This document shows, piece after piece, positions 8,057 through 17,547 of a stretch of 64,000 nucleotides of DNA (positions within the stretch are counted from its first letter, which is position 1; the number at the start of each line of letters is the position of its first letter). A program made the translations under genes and the position numbers. The notes under the pieces are model-generated. The model was given only the letters and a program-made list of their open reading frames with translations, did not search any database and was not told the origin of the DNA. The stretch is from Gemmataceae bacterium (lineage in GTDB: Bacteria; Planctomycetota; Planctomycetia; Gemmatales; HRBIN36): positions 28,709 to 92,708 of the forward strand of contig PSKW01000002.1 in assembly GCA_040289265.1 (NCBI GenBank). Direction: 5' to 3'.

Positions 8057-9244
8057 ATGACTTTCTCGGCGTGCGGTACGAGTCTGTTCATGTATATCAT
8101 GGCCTTTACCGTCGCCTATCTGCAAGAGTCTAACATCCCAAAGCTCTTCGAGGATGTCCAAGGGACTACGGAAGATTTCAGCAGCACAAAGCGTCTCAGT
8201 AAACCCATAGATCCTACAACGTTCGAGGATGTCCAAAGGATTGCGGAAAGTCTCAGGTCCGATGCAGCGAAAACAGGACAGCGCGTCGCGCGGATCGAAT
8301 GGAAAATGAAAGCCGAGAAGTCCGATGCCCTTTTCATCCCTTTCCACCGAGACCACCAACTTCGTTACGGCAGTGCATCCTCGCCGCGGATCTTCAGAGA
8401 CGTCGTAACGGGTGGGAAGATATATGAGTTGGACGGCCCTTTGGAGCCGCTGACAAAAGACCCGCCTAGTGTCCAGAACAACTTTGGGTTCAACCGCGGC
8501 GTCATCGCCGATCCCGCGAAACGGAAACCTTTCTGCGCTAAGTCGCTCGAACATATTTTACTCCTCACGCCAGAGGCAGAAAAGACCCTCACTGAGTTCC
8601 TGAAATCAGCTGTTGCGGTTTATGTCTACACCTCCGGCTCCGATCCGGCAGACATCGTGCTAGAAATGACCACACTTGTAACCGACATGCACAATCGGCA
8701 ACGACCGGCATACACCAAAGTGGTCTTGGACAGTCAGCGCAACTACATGATCAAACGCGTACAAGGAAAACGTGGCTCTGGCAAGGACCGTGATCGGGTG
8801 GATTATCTGGTAGAAGTACGGGAATGGAAGCTGTTGCCCTGCGGCCTCCATTTCCCGGTTCTGATCCTAAGCTATACCCTCGCGGGAGGTGAAATAGGGG
8901 AGTTCACAACAAGAACAACAGTCAAGCAGCCGGCAGGACTGCGCGACGAGGACTTCGCCTTTACATTTCCCGAAGGCACATTGGTCAGGAACGCAGACAC
9001 CGACGAATTTTACATTTGGGGCAAAGATGGCCCGGCGAGAACCTTTTCGTCTCGTGAAGAGTTCAGCGCCTGGCAGCGAGCGCAAATCGAGGGCTCGTTT
9101 CGGCAGCGGCTTTTTACCGGCTTTGTGCTGGGCAACGGCCTTCTTTTGGCGCTCGTGACCTTGGCCATCTGCTGGAAATGGCGGCAAGCTTTGAGGTCCA
9201 GACTGCGGAGCATATACAGCTCCCTAGCAGGCTACTGGCAGTAG
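8057..9244 (+). CDS. hypothetical protein with N-terminal signal anchor and C-terminal TM helix
   Basis: 395-aa ORF with GAGGA 8 nt upstream of the ATG. N-terminal hydrophobic segment LFMYIMAFTVAYL and C-terminal helix FTGFVLGNGLLLALVTLAICW. The internal repeat of FEDVQ corresponds to a 15-nt DNA repeat ttcgaggatgtccaa at 8147 and 8222. No domain recognised. Confidence 0.6.
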   Translation: MTFSACGTSLFMYIMAFTVAYLQESNIPKLFEDVQGTTEDFSSTKRLSKPIDPTTFEDVQRIAESLRSDAAKTGQRVARIEWKMKAEKSDALFIPFHRDHQLRYGSASSPRIFRDVVTGGKIYELDGPLEPLTKDPPSVQNNFGFNRGVIADPAKRKPFCAKSLEHILLLTPEAEKTLTEFLKSAVAVYVYTSGSDPADIVLEMTTLVTDMHNRQRPAYTKVVLDSQRNYMIKRVQGKRGSGKDRDRVDYLVEVREWKLLPCGLHFPVLILSYTLAGGEIGEFTTRTTVKQPAGLRDEDFAFTFPEGTLVRNADTDEFYIWGKDGPARTFSSREEFSAWQRAQIEGSFRQRLFTGFVLGNGLLLALVTLAICWKWRQALRSRLRSIYSSLAGYWQ

Positions 9245-9290
9245 GTTCGACCGATTGGTCTCGGTGTGTCCAAGTAACTGGTCCGGTGCC

Positions 9291-10157
9291 ATGCGGCCAC
9301 CCAACCTCTTTCAGCGCGTCCGGTGGACAGTTATTGTCGGCTACCTTTTGTGTGCCGCCGCCGTGCTCAAAGGCTACGAGATCGCCAACGAAGAATTGGC
9401 AGGCACTAGCCTGTTCACATCACGGTGGTTTCTTATGGCAATCGTTCTCTACGAGCTAATACTCGGATTGTGGGCGATCTCCGGATTCTATGTACGAGAG
9501 GTCCGCTGGTTGCTCCTGCTAACTTTTATCGGGTTGTTTCAGGCTTCTTTATACACTGCACTCGCCGGCTACCCAAGCTGTGGCTGTCTGGGCCGAGTAC
9601 ATATTTCTCCATGGTGGACAACCTTGCTCGACGGTGGTATAATCTTTGCGCTCATCCTCTGGAGTCCCGCAAGGGGATCGCTATGTATAGTAGATCGTAC
9701 TCATCTTTTTGCATTTCACGGCGTCACTGCCTTCGTCGTTGTTTTACTAGCAGGCACCGCTATGCTTTTATATAGTCCAACCGGGGTAATGCCGTCGCTG
9801 CGTTCGGATCCCCAGCTGGCCCAAAGAATATCAATCAGCATCGAAAAAGCCAGCCCGGCTAAGGTGCTGGAGGAAATGCGCCGGCTCGCCGGTGTGCAGC
9901 TGCTAGTGGCTCCAGAACTGGAAAAGAGTTGGTTGGAACGTACGACCAATATCAGGATGGTCGCCGTGCCCATTTGGTCTCTTATGGAATGGCTGGTGCA
10001 AGCGAACGAGAAACCTTGTCGCTGGGTAAAGAAGGAAGATGGGTACGAGTTGGTGCCCGCCGCACCTCTTGGTCGCTATTCTCCGTGGGTTACAATAGCC
10101 GCACTCATTTTCGGCACTGGGGCGGTTTCTCTGTTCAAAGCGAAAGCTACCGCTTAG
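9291..10157 (+). CDS. MauE/DoxX-like membrane protein with C-terminal soluble domain
   Basis: Track ORF 9255..10157, start placed at ATG 9291. It has four N-terminal TM helices with the motif YPSCGCLGRV, which resembles the CGC(F/L)G signature of MauE-family redox-associated membrane proteins. These are followed by a ~110-aa soluble region and a final TM helix. Confidence 0.6.
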   Translation: MRPPNLFQRVRWTVIVGYLLCAAAVLKGYEIANEELAGTSLFTSRWFLMAIVLYELILGLWAISGFYVREVRWLLLLTFIGLFQASLYTALAGYPSCGCLGRVHISPWWTTLLDGGIIFALILWSPARGSLCIVDRTHLFAFHGVTAFVVVLLAGTAMLLYSPTGVMPSLRSDPQLAQRISISIEKASPAKVLEEMRRLAGVQLLVAPELEKSWLERTTNIRMVAVPIWSLMEWLVQANEKPCRWVKKEDGYELVPAAPLGRYSPWVTIAALIFGTGAVSLFKAKATA

Positions 10158-10191
10158 AAAACGGCACCGGCGCGACCCGGCAATACCTAAG

Positions 10192-10264
10192 TGACCCCGA
10201 CGGGATTCGAACCCGTGTTACGGCCTTGAAAGGGCCGTGTCCTAGGCCTCTAGACGACGGGGCC
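10192..10264 (-). tRNA. tRNA-Glu (anticodon UUC)
   Basis: The reverse complement reads GGCCCCGTCGTCTAGAGGCCTAGGACACGGCCCTTTCAAGGCCGTAACACGGGTTCGAATCCCGTCGGGGTCA. It folds as a cloverleaf with anticodon loop CTTTCAA and T-loop GGTTCGAATCC, and is nearly collinear with E. coli tRNA-Glu. CCA is not encoded. Confidence 0.92.
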
Positions 10265-10500
10265 ACAGCGCTGCGCGAACAGGCAGGCGCGGCTATGCTA
10301 GCGCCGTCGCGCGCGTTCGTCAAGAACAGCAGGGAATGCGACTGCGTGTTCGGTCGGCGTGACCGAGGACAGCACATGCACCGCGGCGTGTCTCCATTGT
10401 AAAGGCAGTCCGTCAATCCTAGCCCCGCGCTAGAATGGTATCTGCCCGATTCGGCTTGCACCCTGAATTTCCGGCTGACGGGCCCGGTGATCGAGAAGGA

Positions 10501-11013
10501 TCACTGCCAGTCCCGAGGCGCTTCGGCTGCTGGCAGTGCCAACCACTTCACCTGGTCGGCAACGAGATCGAGCAAGACGAAACCGGGTTGCGCCGTCCGA
10601 TACAGCGCGCCGGGATTGATGACGCGCGTTTTGCCGACACGTTCTTCGCTGGCCCGATGCGTGTGTCCGAAAAAAACATAATCGTACAAGCCCTTGTGCA
10701 CCGTTTGCCGGAGCACCGAGTTGTCGTGACCGTGCAGAAAAGCGAGCCGTTTTTCGGAAGCGACCAGCTCGCCGAACGAACCGTGAAGCACGCCGCCGCA
10801 CGCCTCGATGACTGGGCGGATGACTCGCTCCGGCGGATCGCAATTGCCCAGAACAAAATGCATAGGGTACGTGCAAAGCTGGCACGCCGCGGCTTCGGTA
10901 TCTATATCGCCGCAGTGAATCACTAGCGCTGGCCGATATGCTTCCAGCAGTTCGAGAGTCGTCGCGATACGCAACGAATCGCCGTGGGTATCGCTCAACA
11001 CAGCAACGATCAT
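10501..11013 (-). CDS. metallophosphoesterase, YfcE/MJ0936 family
   Basis: MIVAVLSDTHGD...VIHCGDI...GNCD...FLHGHD...FFGHTH: all the calcineurin-like phosphoesterase metal-binding blocks occur in order within 170 aa. Confidence 0.9.
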   Translation of the reverse strand: MIVAVLSDTHGDSLRIATTLELLEAYRPALVIHCGDIDTEAAACQLCTYPMHFVLGNCDPPERVIRPVIEACGGVLHGSFGELVASEKRLAFLHGHDNSVLRQTVHKGLYDYVFFGHTHRASEERVGKTRVINPGALYRTAQPGFVLLDLVADQVKWLALPAAEAPRDWQ

Positions 11014-11120
11014 AACGTTCTCCGCAACGATTCGGTCTCGGTCGAGCGCGTTTGCAGTGTGGCGCCGGGCATGAAGTTCTTATAATGATGCTGGCCACGG
11101 TCGAAGGCAAGGGGAGGAAG

Positions 11121-12446
11121 ATGCAGCGGGCAGTGCTGGTCACAGCGAGCGTGCTGGCAGTGTTGGCCAGCTCCACGCGCGGAGCCTTGGGGGGAGTGCA
11201 CTACAGCGGCGAGCGCTATGCCGAACTCCCGTCGGCCTGGCGCGGCTTGATCGCCGACTTGCGAGCGCTGCGGGGGATCGGATGGACGCAGCCCGGCGTC
11301 GCCGAGTCGCCGTTGCGCAAAAGTTACTATGAAACGGCGGTGCGTTTGGAGGCAGCAGCCAGAGACAGACCGTTGAGCGCCGACGAGGTAAGCGACTTGG
11401 GCGCACTCTGGCTGAGGCTGGGAAACGCGCCCAAAGCAGTTCACATCTTGCGCGAGGGGCAGCGAAAATATCCGCGGCATTTCGCTATTTTGGCCAATCT
11501 GGGAAGTGCCTGGCAAAAGACTGGCGACCTATCTCAGGCAGCAGAAGCGTTGCGGCAAGCTGTGGCACTGGCACCGGAGCGCTGGCGCAAATACGAAGAA
11601 TACCACCTACGGTTGGTAACTCTGCGTATGCGCGAGCCGCCGGGCACTGTCGCGCTGGACGATCTGTTCGGTGTGCGCTTCGTTGCCGACCGCGGACAGT
11701 ACCGAGCGGGGCAGCTGGCGGCTAGCGAGCGCAAGAAATTGCCTGCCGACGCCGTAGCCATCGCCCAGCAACTTGCTTTGTGGATGCCGGACGACGCCCG
11801 GCTGATATGGCTTATGGCTGAACTGGCAAACGCCCAAGGCGATCTGCGCGCAGCCAGCGATTTGTTCGACATGTGTGTCGGGCAGTACGCTTTGGCAGCG
11901 CCGGAGGCTCGGAGTCATCGCGCCATCGTCAAGCAGGCTTTGACACAAGCTGAAAAACAACTCCCAGGCCCGACCACCGCCAAGGCCGAGCATCAAGCCC
12001 ATGTCGGTCTTTCCGTGCGCAGCACCAGACCTCTCGTCATCCGACGACTGGACCTCAGTCAATTGCCACCGGTTACCAAATCGGGAGACAATGCCCTGCC
12101 CTGGCCCCTGCTCATGGAAACCAGCCTCGACAGAGAGTTCCGGCCACGTTTCCATCCCCGTCTCAAAGAGCTCGACGGGCTGCGGGTATCCATCACCGGT
12201 TTTATGCAACCGCTTACAGACGATTTGGAGATGAATTCGTTTATGCTGATCGAATATCCGACAGGGTGCTGGTATTGCGAGGCGCCGGAGATTACCGCCA
12301 TCGTTTTAGTCGAGCTGCCGGAAGACAAAAACATCACTTACACACGCAACATGGTCAAAATAGTCGGCACCCTGAAGCTAAACGATCGCGATCCGGAAGA
12401 CTTTTTGTACACCATTCGCGACGCACGAGTATCAGAAGTGGATTAG
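11121..12446 (+). CDS. secreted TPR-repeat protein with C-terminal DUF3299-like domain
   Basis: Track ORF 11052..12446. ATG 11121 directly follows GGGGAGGAAG. Signal peptide MQRAVLVTASVLAVLASS. TPR-like helices (LGALWLRLGNAPKAVHILREGQRKYP, ANLGSAWQKTGDLSQAAEALRQAVALAP). The C-terminus ITGFMQPL...FMLIEYPTGCWYCEAPE...VKIVGTLKLN resembles DUF3299. Confidence 0.65.
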   Translation: MQRAVLVTASVLAVLASSTRGALGGVHYSGERYAELPSAWRGLIADLRALRGIGWTQPGVAESPLRKSYYETAVRLEAAARDRPLSADEVSDLGALWLRLGNAPKAVHILREGQRKYPRHFAILANLGSAWQKTGDLSQAAEALRQAVALAPERWRKYEEYHLRLVTLRMREPPGTVALDDLFGVRFVADRGQYRAGQLAASERKKLPADAVAIAQQLALWMPDDARLIWLMAELANAQGDLRAASDLFDMCVGQYALAAPEARSHRAIVKQALTQAEKQLPGPTTAKAEHQAHVGLSVRSTRPLVIRRLDLSQLPPVTKSGDNALPWPLLMETSLDREFRPRFHPRLKELDGLRVSITGFMQPLTDDLEMNSFMLIEYPTGCWYCEAPEITAIVLVELPEDKNITYTRNMVKIVGTLKLNDRDPEDFLYTIRDARVSEVD

Positions 12447-12742
12447 GACACGTCTGGGCGGTCACAGCGACATGAAAACAGCTGGGCAGATTCGGTGCCG
12501 AGCGGCGTACGCCAGTCGAGCATAAAAAGAACGACTCTGCGTAGAATGGGTACGGGATCCCGATAGCTGCAGCGTGCACATGTGGGGAAATGATCACGAG
12601 CGCTGCGGCGCCGTACAGCGCGAGCAAAGCAAACTGAGCTTGACCGGAATCGGCGCGAGCATCAATCTGTGCCGTGAGCATTCGACTGGAAGCAGGTCAT
12701 TTTATCGGCATGCGAAAAGCAGCAGCCTGAAGGGACTAGTCT

Positions 12743-14545
12743 ATGCCATTGACAATCGAGCAAAGGCAAGAACAGGTGCGACAAGCCGAAGAGATCCTGT
12801 TTCGTCCGGACGAAAGTATCGGCTTTGCACGGGCGCTGTTTTTCGGGCATTTCCAGGCGGAAGCGGTTTTTCCCTATCCCCGGCTGGATCCGGAGGAGGC
12901 GCAAGTCTTGGCGTCGCTTTTGGACGGCGTGCGCCGCTTCGCTGAGGAGGAAATAGATCCGTTCGCCATAGATCGCGAGGCGGATATTCCGCGCAAAGTT
13001 ATACGCGGGCTGGGTCAATTAGGCATTCTGGGCATGACGGTGCCGCGTGCTTATGGCGGCCTGGGATTGTCGCAAAAGGCTTACAGCCGGGTCATGGAGA
13101 TCATCGGCGCACGCGATGCCTCTGTAGCCGTATTCATCAATGCACACCACAGCATCGGCTTGCGGGGCATTGTGCTAGCTGGCAGCGAGGCCCAAAAGCA
13201 GCATTGGCTGCCCCGGCTGTGCCGCGGGGAAGCGCTGGCGGCTTTTGCTTTGACCGAACCAGAGGCGGGCTCGGATGCCGCCAATGTGCAAACCAGTGCC
13301 ACGCCTACAGAAGACGGACAGCATTACGTCGTGAACGGAGAAAAGAGGTACATCACCAATGGAGCGATAGCCGACGTGCTGACGGTGATGGCGCGCACGC
13401 CTGTGCCAGGCAAGGAAACGACGCAAGTAACGGCGTTTTTGGTCACGCCGGACATGCCCGGGTTCGAAGTGGTCGAGGCGCGTATGCCCAAGTGCGGCAT
13501 TCGCGGCACGGCCACAGCGCGTTTGCGTTTTCGCAACATGCGGGTGCCGGCGGCGAACCTCCTCGGGGAGTTGGGCAAAGGCCTGAAATTGGCTTTGAGC
13601 GTCATTGACTATGGGCGCACCACCTTCGGTGCCAGCTGCACCGGTGCTGCCAAAGTATGCGTGCGCGCCGCCACCCAACATGCACGCACGCGCAAACAAT
13701 TCGGCCAGACGCTCGGCGAATTCGAAATGGTCAAAGAAAAGCTCGCCTGGATGGCCGCCCACAGCCTAGCCATGGAAGCCATGACCTTTCATTGCGCCCA
13801 TCTGATCGACACGGGGGCACCGGACTACATGGTGGAAACGGCCATGCTCAAGGTGTTCGCATCGGAAGCCCTATGGCGCATCGTCAACGACACCATCCAG
13901 ATTTTCGGCGGCCAGGCTTACTTCAGCAACGAGCCGTACGAGCGCATGATGCGCGATGCGCGCATCAACCTGATCGGCGAAGGAGCCAACGACGTGCTCC
14001 GCGCCTTCATCGCTTTGGTCGGCATCCGCAACGTGGGTCTGAGCCTCAAAGGCGTACTGGACGCCTTGTATCGGCCTTGGGGCCAGTTAGGCACGCTGTG
14101 GCGCTTCGGTCGTCGGCAAATCAGGCAATACCTGTGGGCGCCCGCCGTGCCCGTACGATCGGGCGCGTTGCAAGCTGAAGCCAGCGACTTGGGTCGTCGG
14201 GTACAAGAATTCGGTCGTGCCGTCGAAGCGGTGCTGCGCCGTTATCGCGAAGAAACGCTCGAGCGTCAATACGTGCAAAAAAGACTGGCCGATGCAGCCA
14301 TAGACCTGTATGCCTCGGCGTGCGTCCTGTCGCGACTCGATGCCCTCTTGACCGAAGCCTCTTCCCAACCGCCGGCTCAGCACGATCACATGCTCTCGAT
14401 CGGCCGGTATTTTCTCCGTCTGGCCAGCCGTCGCATCGGCACAAGGCTGGCGCAATTATGGGACAACGAAGACCAAAAAGCCACTCAGGTCGCCGATGCG
14501 CTGCAGGCGGCTAACGTAAGTACCCTGTTCGATCCCGGGTCGTGA
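12743..14545 (+). CDS. acyl-CoA dehydrogenase family protein (long, VLCAD/ACAD9-like architecture)
   Basis: 600 aa, with GGLGLSQKAY...FALTEPEAGSDAANVQT...VNGEKRYITNG...IFGGQAYFSNEPYERMMRDARINLIGEGANDV plus an extra C-terminal helical domain. Confidence 0.9.
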   Translation: MPLTIEQRQEQVRQAEEILFRPDESIGFARALFFGHFQAEAVFPYPRLDPEEAQVLASLLDGVRRFAEEEIDPFAIDREADIPRKVIRGLGQLGILGMTVPRAYGGLGLSQKAYSRVMEIIGARDASVAVFINAHHSIGLRGIVLAGSEAQKQHWLPRLCRGEALAAFALTEPEAGSDAANVQTSATPTEDGQHYVVNGEKRYITNGAIADVLTVMARTPVPGKETTQVTAFLVTPDMPGFEVVEARMPKCGIRGTATARLRFRNMRVPAANLLGELGKGLKLALSVIDYGRTTFGASCTGAAKVCVRAATQHARTRKQFGQTLGEFEMVKEKLAWMAAHSLAMEAMTFHCAHLIDTGAPDYMVETAMLKVFASEALWRIVNDTIQIFGGQAYFSNEPYERMMRDARINLIGEGANDVLRAFIALVGIRNVGLSLKGVLDALYRPWGQLGTLWRFGRRQIRQYLWAPAVPVRSGALQAEASDLGRRVQEFGRAVEAVLRRYREETLERQYVQKRLADAAIDLYASACVLSRLDALLTEASSQPPAQHDHMLSIGRYFLRLASRRIGTRLAQLWDNEDQKATQVADALQAANVSTLFDPGS

Positions 14546-14832
14546 AAAGACCGACGCGCCGACGCCGCACTGGCCGGGTGTAGCTTGCTCCGGGCCAAGG
14601 TAAGCTACAGTCTCGCGGTCCACTTGTCAGCGGCGGGGAAACGATCGCGAGAGCCGTTCCAGACAGCACTTGTTGGGCCCCCGCGCAGGGACTTAGCAGC
14701 CAGCTCCTCTTGGCGCCGCAATGGCAAGACTGCCTGGGATCTGGTGCATGTCTATTACGAAATCCTTCCCGGCGGCAAGCTCGTGCAGCCGAGCGGCAAG
14801 AACCTCGTGCGTAGCGTCGAGTGGATACCGAA

Positions 14833-15843
14833 CTAAATAGGAAAAAGCTGCACATTTCCATCGGGCCTGAAGACTACTTTTCCGCGGCGCCAACGCACAG
14901 GCGGAGTCCGGCCACATGCCAGCTCGAGCATGACGCCCGCCAGGTTGCTCATACTGAGGGTACGCAAGCCGATGTAAGAAGTAGTCAGCCGGGGATTGAG
15001 TTCGATAATACAGTCCTGGCTGCCATCGGATGCCTCGCCCAGGACCAGATCCACACCCAGATAGCCGCACAACTTTCCTGCAAGGTGTGCGGCAAGCCGA
15101 TGGGCCAAGTCGGTCGCCCGGCGGGCGTAAGGCTCGGCTACGGGGATCTCGCCGCCCCGATAAGACAGATCCTCGTCCAAGTATTGCCAGGCGGGCAAGC
15201 AAACGACGTATCCTTGCGGACCGCCTAGAAGGGCTATGCTTGCCGGACGCCCAGGCGCCCACGCCTGTACGAGCAGCCGCTTTCTATCCAGTTGGCATGT
15301 TTCCAATGTGTCCGCCAATGCTCGCCCGTCGCGACACTTGACGATCCCCAAAGAGCCGGCGCCGTCTCGTGGCTTGATGACCATGGGATGGGTCGCGGCA
15401 CACATCGCGACCTGTGCTGACGCTACAGCCCCCTTGGTCATCTCGCGGTATACCTCATCGGCGAGCCAGGTTTTCGGCGTCGGTAAACCATGGGCACTGA
15501 GCCAGCGATACGTTCGCCACTTGTCTGCGGAGATAGCCAACAGGTCGGATTGGGGCCCGATAATGCGCGCCGCGGATCGAGCAGCCCACTCGTATCGCTG
15601 CTCAAGAATACCGTCGCACTCTGGGGCGATAATTATGGTCCAATCCGCCTGAGCCGCCTGCTTTTCGAAAGCGACTGCTTCATCGCCGCCGTGAGCGTCC
15701 AAAGTGAGGACTTCGACAGCCGGTAAGCTAGCGCAGTCGCTGGCCAAGGCATCGCGCATAGCGCGTCCTTCACGCCGGAAGCAGTCCGGCAGCGGCATCT
15801 GCAACGGTTGCGCACATGCATACTCGTAAACAAATACTCGCAT
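14833..15843 (-). CDS. ATP-grasp domain-containing protein
   Basis: 336 aa, with HPMVIKPRDGAGSLGI...LLVQAW...GYLGVDLVLGE...CIIELNPRLTTSY, which are typical ATP-grasp B- and C-domain blocks. Substrate unknown. Confidence 0.75.
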   Translation of the reverse strand: MRVFVYEYACAQPLQMPLPDCFRREGRAMRDALASDCASLPAVEVLTLDAHGGDEAVAFEKQAAQADWTIIIAPECDGILEQRYEWAARSAARIIGPQSDLLAISADKWRTYRWLSAHGLPTPKTWLADEVYREMTKGAVASAQVAMCAATHPMVIKPRDGAGSLGIVKCRDGRALADTLETCQLDRKRLLVQAWAPGRPASIALLGGPQGYVVCLPAWQYLDEDLSYRGGEIPVAEPYARRATDLAHRLAAHLAGKLCGYLGVDLVLGEASDGSQDCIIELNPRLTTSYIGLRTLSMSNLAGVMLELACGRTPPVRWRRGKVVFRPDGNVQLFPI

Positions 15844-15943
15844 AGCAGGTTCTTGTGCGATCCGGCTGCGGCGAGCGCATGTTGCGGCTGTCGGCGCAGA
15901 TGTCTTGCCCTCGCAGCTTTTTTCACCCTATGCCGTACAGGAT

Positions 15944-15972
15944 TTGTAGAACAGTGGCCATAGCGGTAGTAT
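15944..15972 (+). promoter_or_regulatory. candidate sigma70-type promoter for the M32 carboxypeptidase gene
   Basis: TTGTAG (15944-15949), 17-nt spacer, TAGTAT (15967-15972), about 58 nt upstream of ATG 16030. Pattern match only. Confidence 0.3.
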
Positions 15973-16029
15973 CCTTGCAAAAAGAGGAGCCGGCTTGCGA
16001 GCGAGATAAAGGAGCGAGAGGACTACACG

Positions 16030-17547
16030 ATGCCAACGGCACAGGAAGCATACGAAGAGCTCGCGCACCGCGAGCGCGAGCGGCACTTGCTGGCGTCGAG
16101 TGCGGCAGTGTTAAGCTGGGACGAGCGGACTTACATGCCGTCCCGCGGAGCTGCGCTGCGCGCCGACCAATTGGCATTGCTGGCGCGCTTGGTGCACGAA
16201 CGTCTCACCGACCCGCGCGTAGGCGAGCTACTGGACATTTTGCAAGACAGCGACTTGGCCAGGGGCGACACGCCCCAAGCTGCCAATATCCGAGCCTGGC
16301 GACACGACTACCGGCGGGCAGTCCGGTTGCCCAAAAAACTCGTCGAGGAGTTGGCACGCGCCACGACACTGGGCCAGCAGGCATGGCAGGAAGCGCGCCA
16401 ACGGGCCGATTTTGCCCTCTTCCGGCCGCACTTGGAAAAAATCGTCCGGCTGAAGCGCGAAGAGGCACAAGCACTTCACGAGCAGGGTTCCCTCTACGAT
16501 GCATTGCTCGACGAGTACGAGCCGGGCATGACTGTGGAACAGCTGACGCGCGTGTTGGGCGAGCTCCGCAGGCAATTGGTACCCCTCTTGCAGCACATAC
16601 TCGCCAGCCGACGAGGCTGTCCGCAAATCCTGCAACGTCATTATCCGGTGGACCGCCAGGAAGAAATCGGCCGGCAGGTGGCTACAGCGATCGGCTTCGA
16701 TTTTTCTGCGGGACGTCTGGATCGCACGGTCCATCCCTTTTGCAGCGGCATCGGGCCCGGGGACGTCCGTCTGACTACGCGCTACCATCCGCGTCATTTC
16801 GGGCAAGCGTTTTTCGGCGTTTTGCACGAGGCCGGTCACGGGCTGTACGAGCAAGGACTGAGCGCTGAGGCTTTTGGCACGCCGATAGGCCAGGCGTGCT
16901 CGCTGGGCATCCACGAATCGCAATCGCGTTTGTGGGAGAATTTCGTGGGCCGCAGTCGGCCATTTTGGGAATACTTTTATCCTGCGGTCCGCGAAGCTTT
17001 TCCCGAAGCACTAGGCACAGTCGCGCTCGACGAGTTCCTCCTGGCCGTCAATTATGTGGAGCGTAGTCTCATTCGTGTCGAGGCCGATGAAGTCACTTAC
17101 AACTTGCATATCCTGCTGCGTTTCGAGTTGGAACAGGCCTTGCTGACCCAGGATTTGCCCGTGGCGGATTTGCCCGCCGCCTGGAACCATATCTTGTACG
17201 ACCTCCTAGAGTTACGCCCTGAAAACGATGCCGCAGGCTGTTTGCAAGACATTCATTGGAGCGCCGGACTGTTCGGCTATTTCCCAACCTATACCCTGGG
17301 CAATTTGTACGCGGCGCAGTTCATGGAAAAAGCACATGCCGACATACCTTCCCTCAAAGACCACATCCGCCACGGCCGCTTCGAACCGCTACTGGATTGG
17401 CTACGAGAGCACATCCACCGGCATGGTCGCCGGTATCTGCCTGGCGAGCTGTGCCGCAGAATCACCGGACGCGAGCTTTCGGCCGAGCCGTTTTTGCGCT
17501 ACCTGCGGAGCAAGTACGCCGAGCTATACGGCCTGGGACATGCTTAG
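16030..17547 (+). CDS. carboxypeptidase M32 (Taq-type metallocarboxypeptidase)
   Basis: 505 aa, with HPFCSGIGPGDVRLTTRY, the zinc motif HEAGHGLYEQG, GIHESQSRLWEN and IRVEADEVTYNLHILLRFE, which are signature blocks of family M32. Confidence 0.92.
   Translation: MPTAQEAYEELAHRERERHLLASSAAVLSWDERTYMPSRGAALRADQLALLARLVHERLTDPRVGELLDILQDSDLARGDTPQAANIRAWRHDYRRAVRLPKKLVEELARATTLGQQAWQEARQRADFALFRPHLEKIVRLKREEAQALHEQGSLYDALLDEYEPGMTVEQLTRVLGELRRQLVPLLQHILASRRGCPQILQRHYPVDRQEEIGRQVATAIGFDFSAGRLDRTVHPFCSGIGPGDVRLTTRYHPRHFGQAFFGVLHEAGHGLYEQGLSAEAFGTPIGQACSLGIHESQSRLWENFVGRSRPFWEYFYPAVREAFPEALGTVALDEFLLAVNYVERSLIRVEADEVTYNLHILLRFELEQALLTQDLPVADLPAAWNHILYDLLELRPENDAAGCLQDIHWSAGLFGYFPTYTLGNLYAAQFMEKAHADIPSLKDHIRHGRFEPLLDWLREHIHRHGRRYLPGELCRRITGRELSAEPFLRYLRSKYAELYGLGHA

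Noticed and set aside
14585-14836. 83-aa ORF in the convergent gap between the acyl-CoA dehydrogenase and ATP-grasp genes
   Set aside because: It has no SD and the first half is low-complexity. It overlaps the ATP-grasp stop. No motif; probably non-coding.
15855-16868. 337-aa plus-strand ORF overlapping the M32 carboxypeptidase gene in another frame
   Set aside because: It is extremely Arg/Ala/Gly/Pro-rich, whereas the overlapping frame encodes the HEAGH carboxypeptidase.
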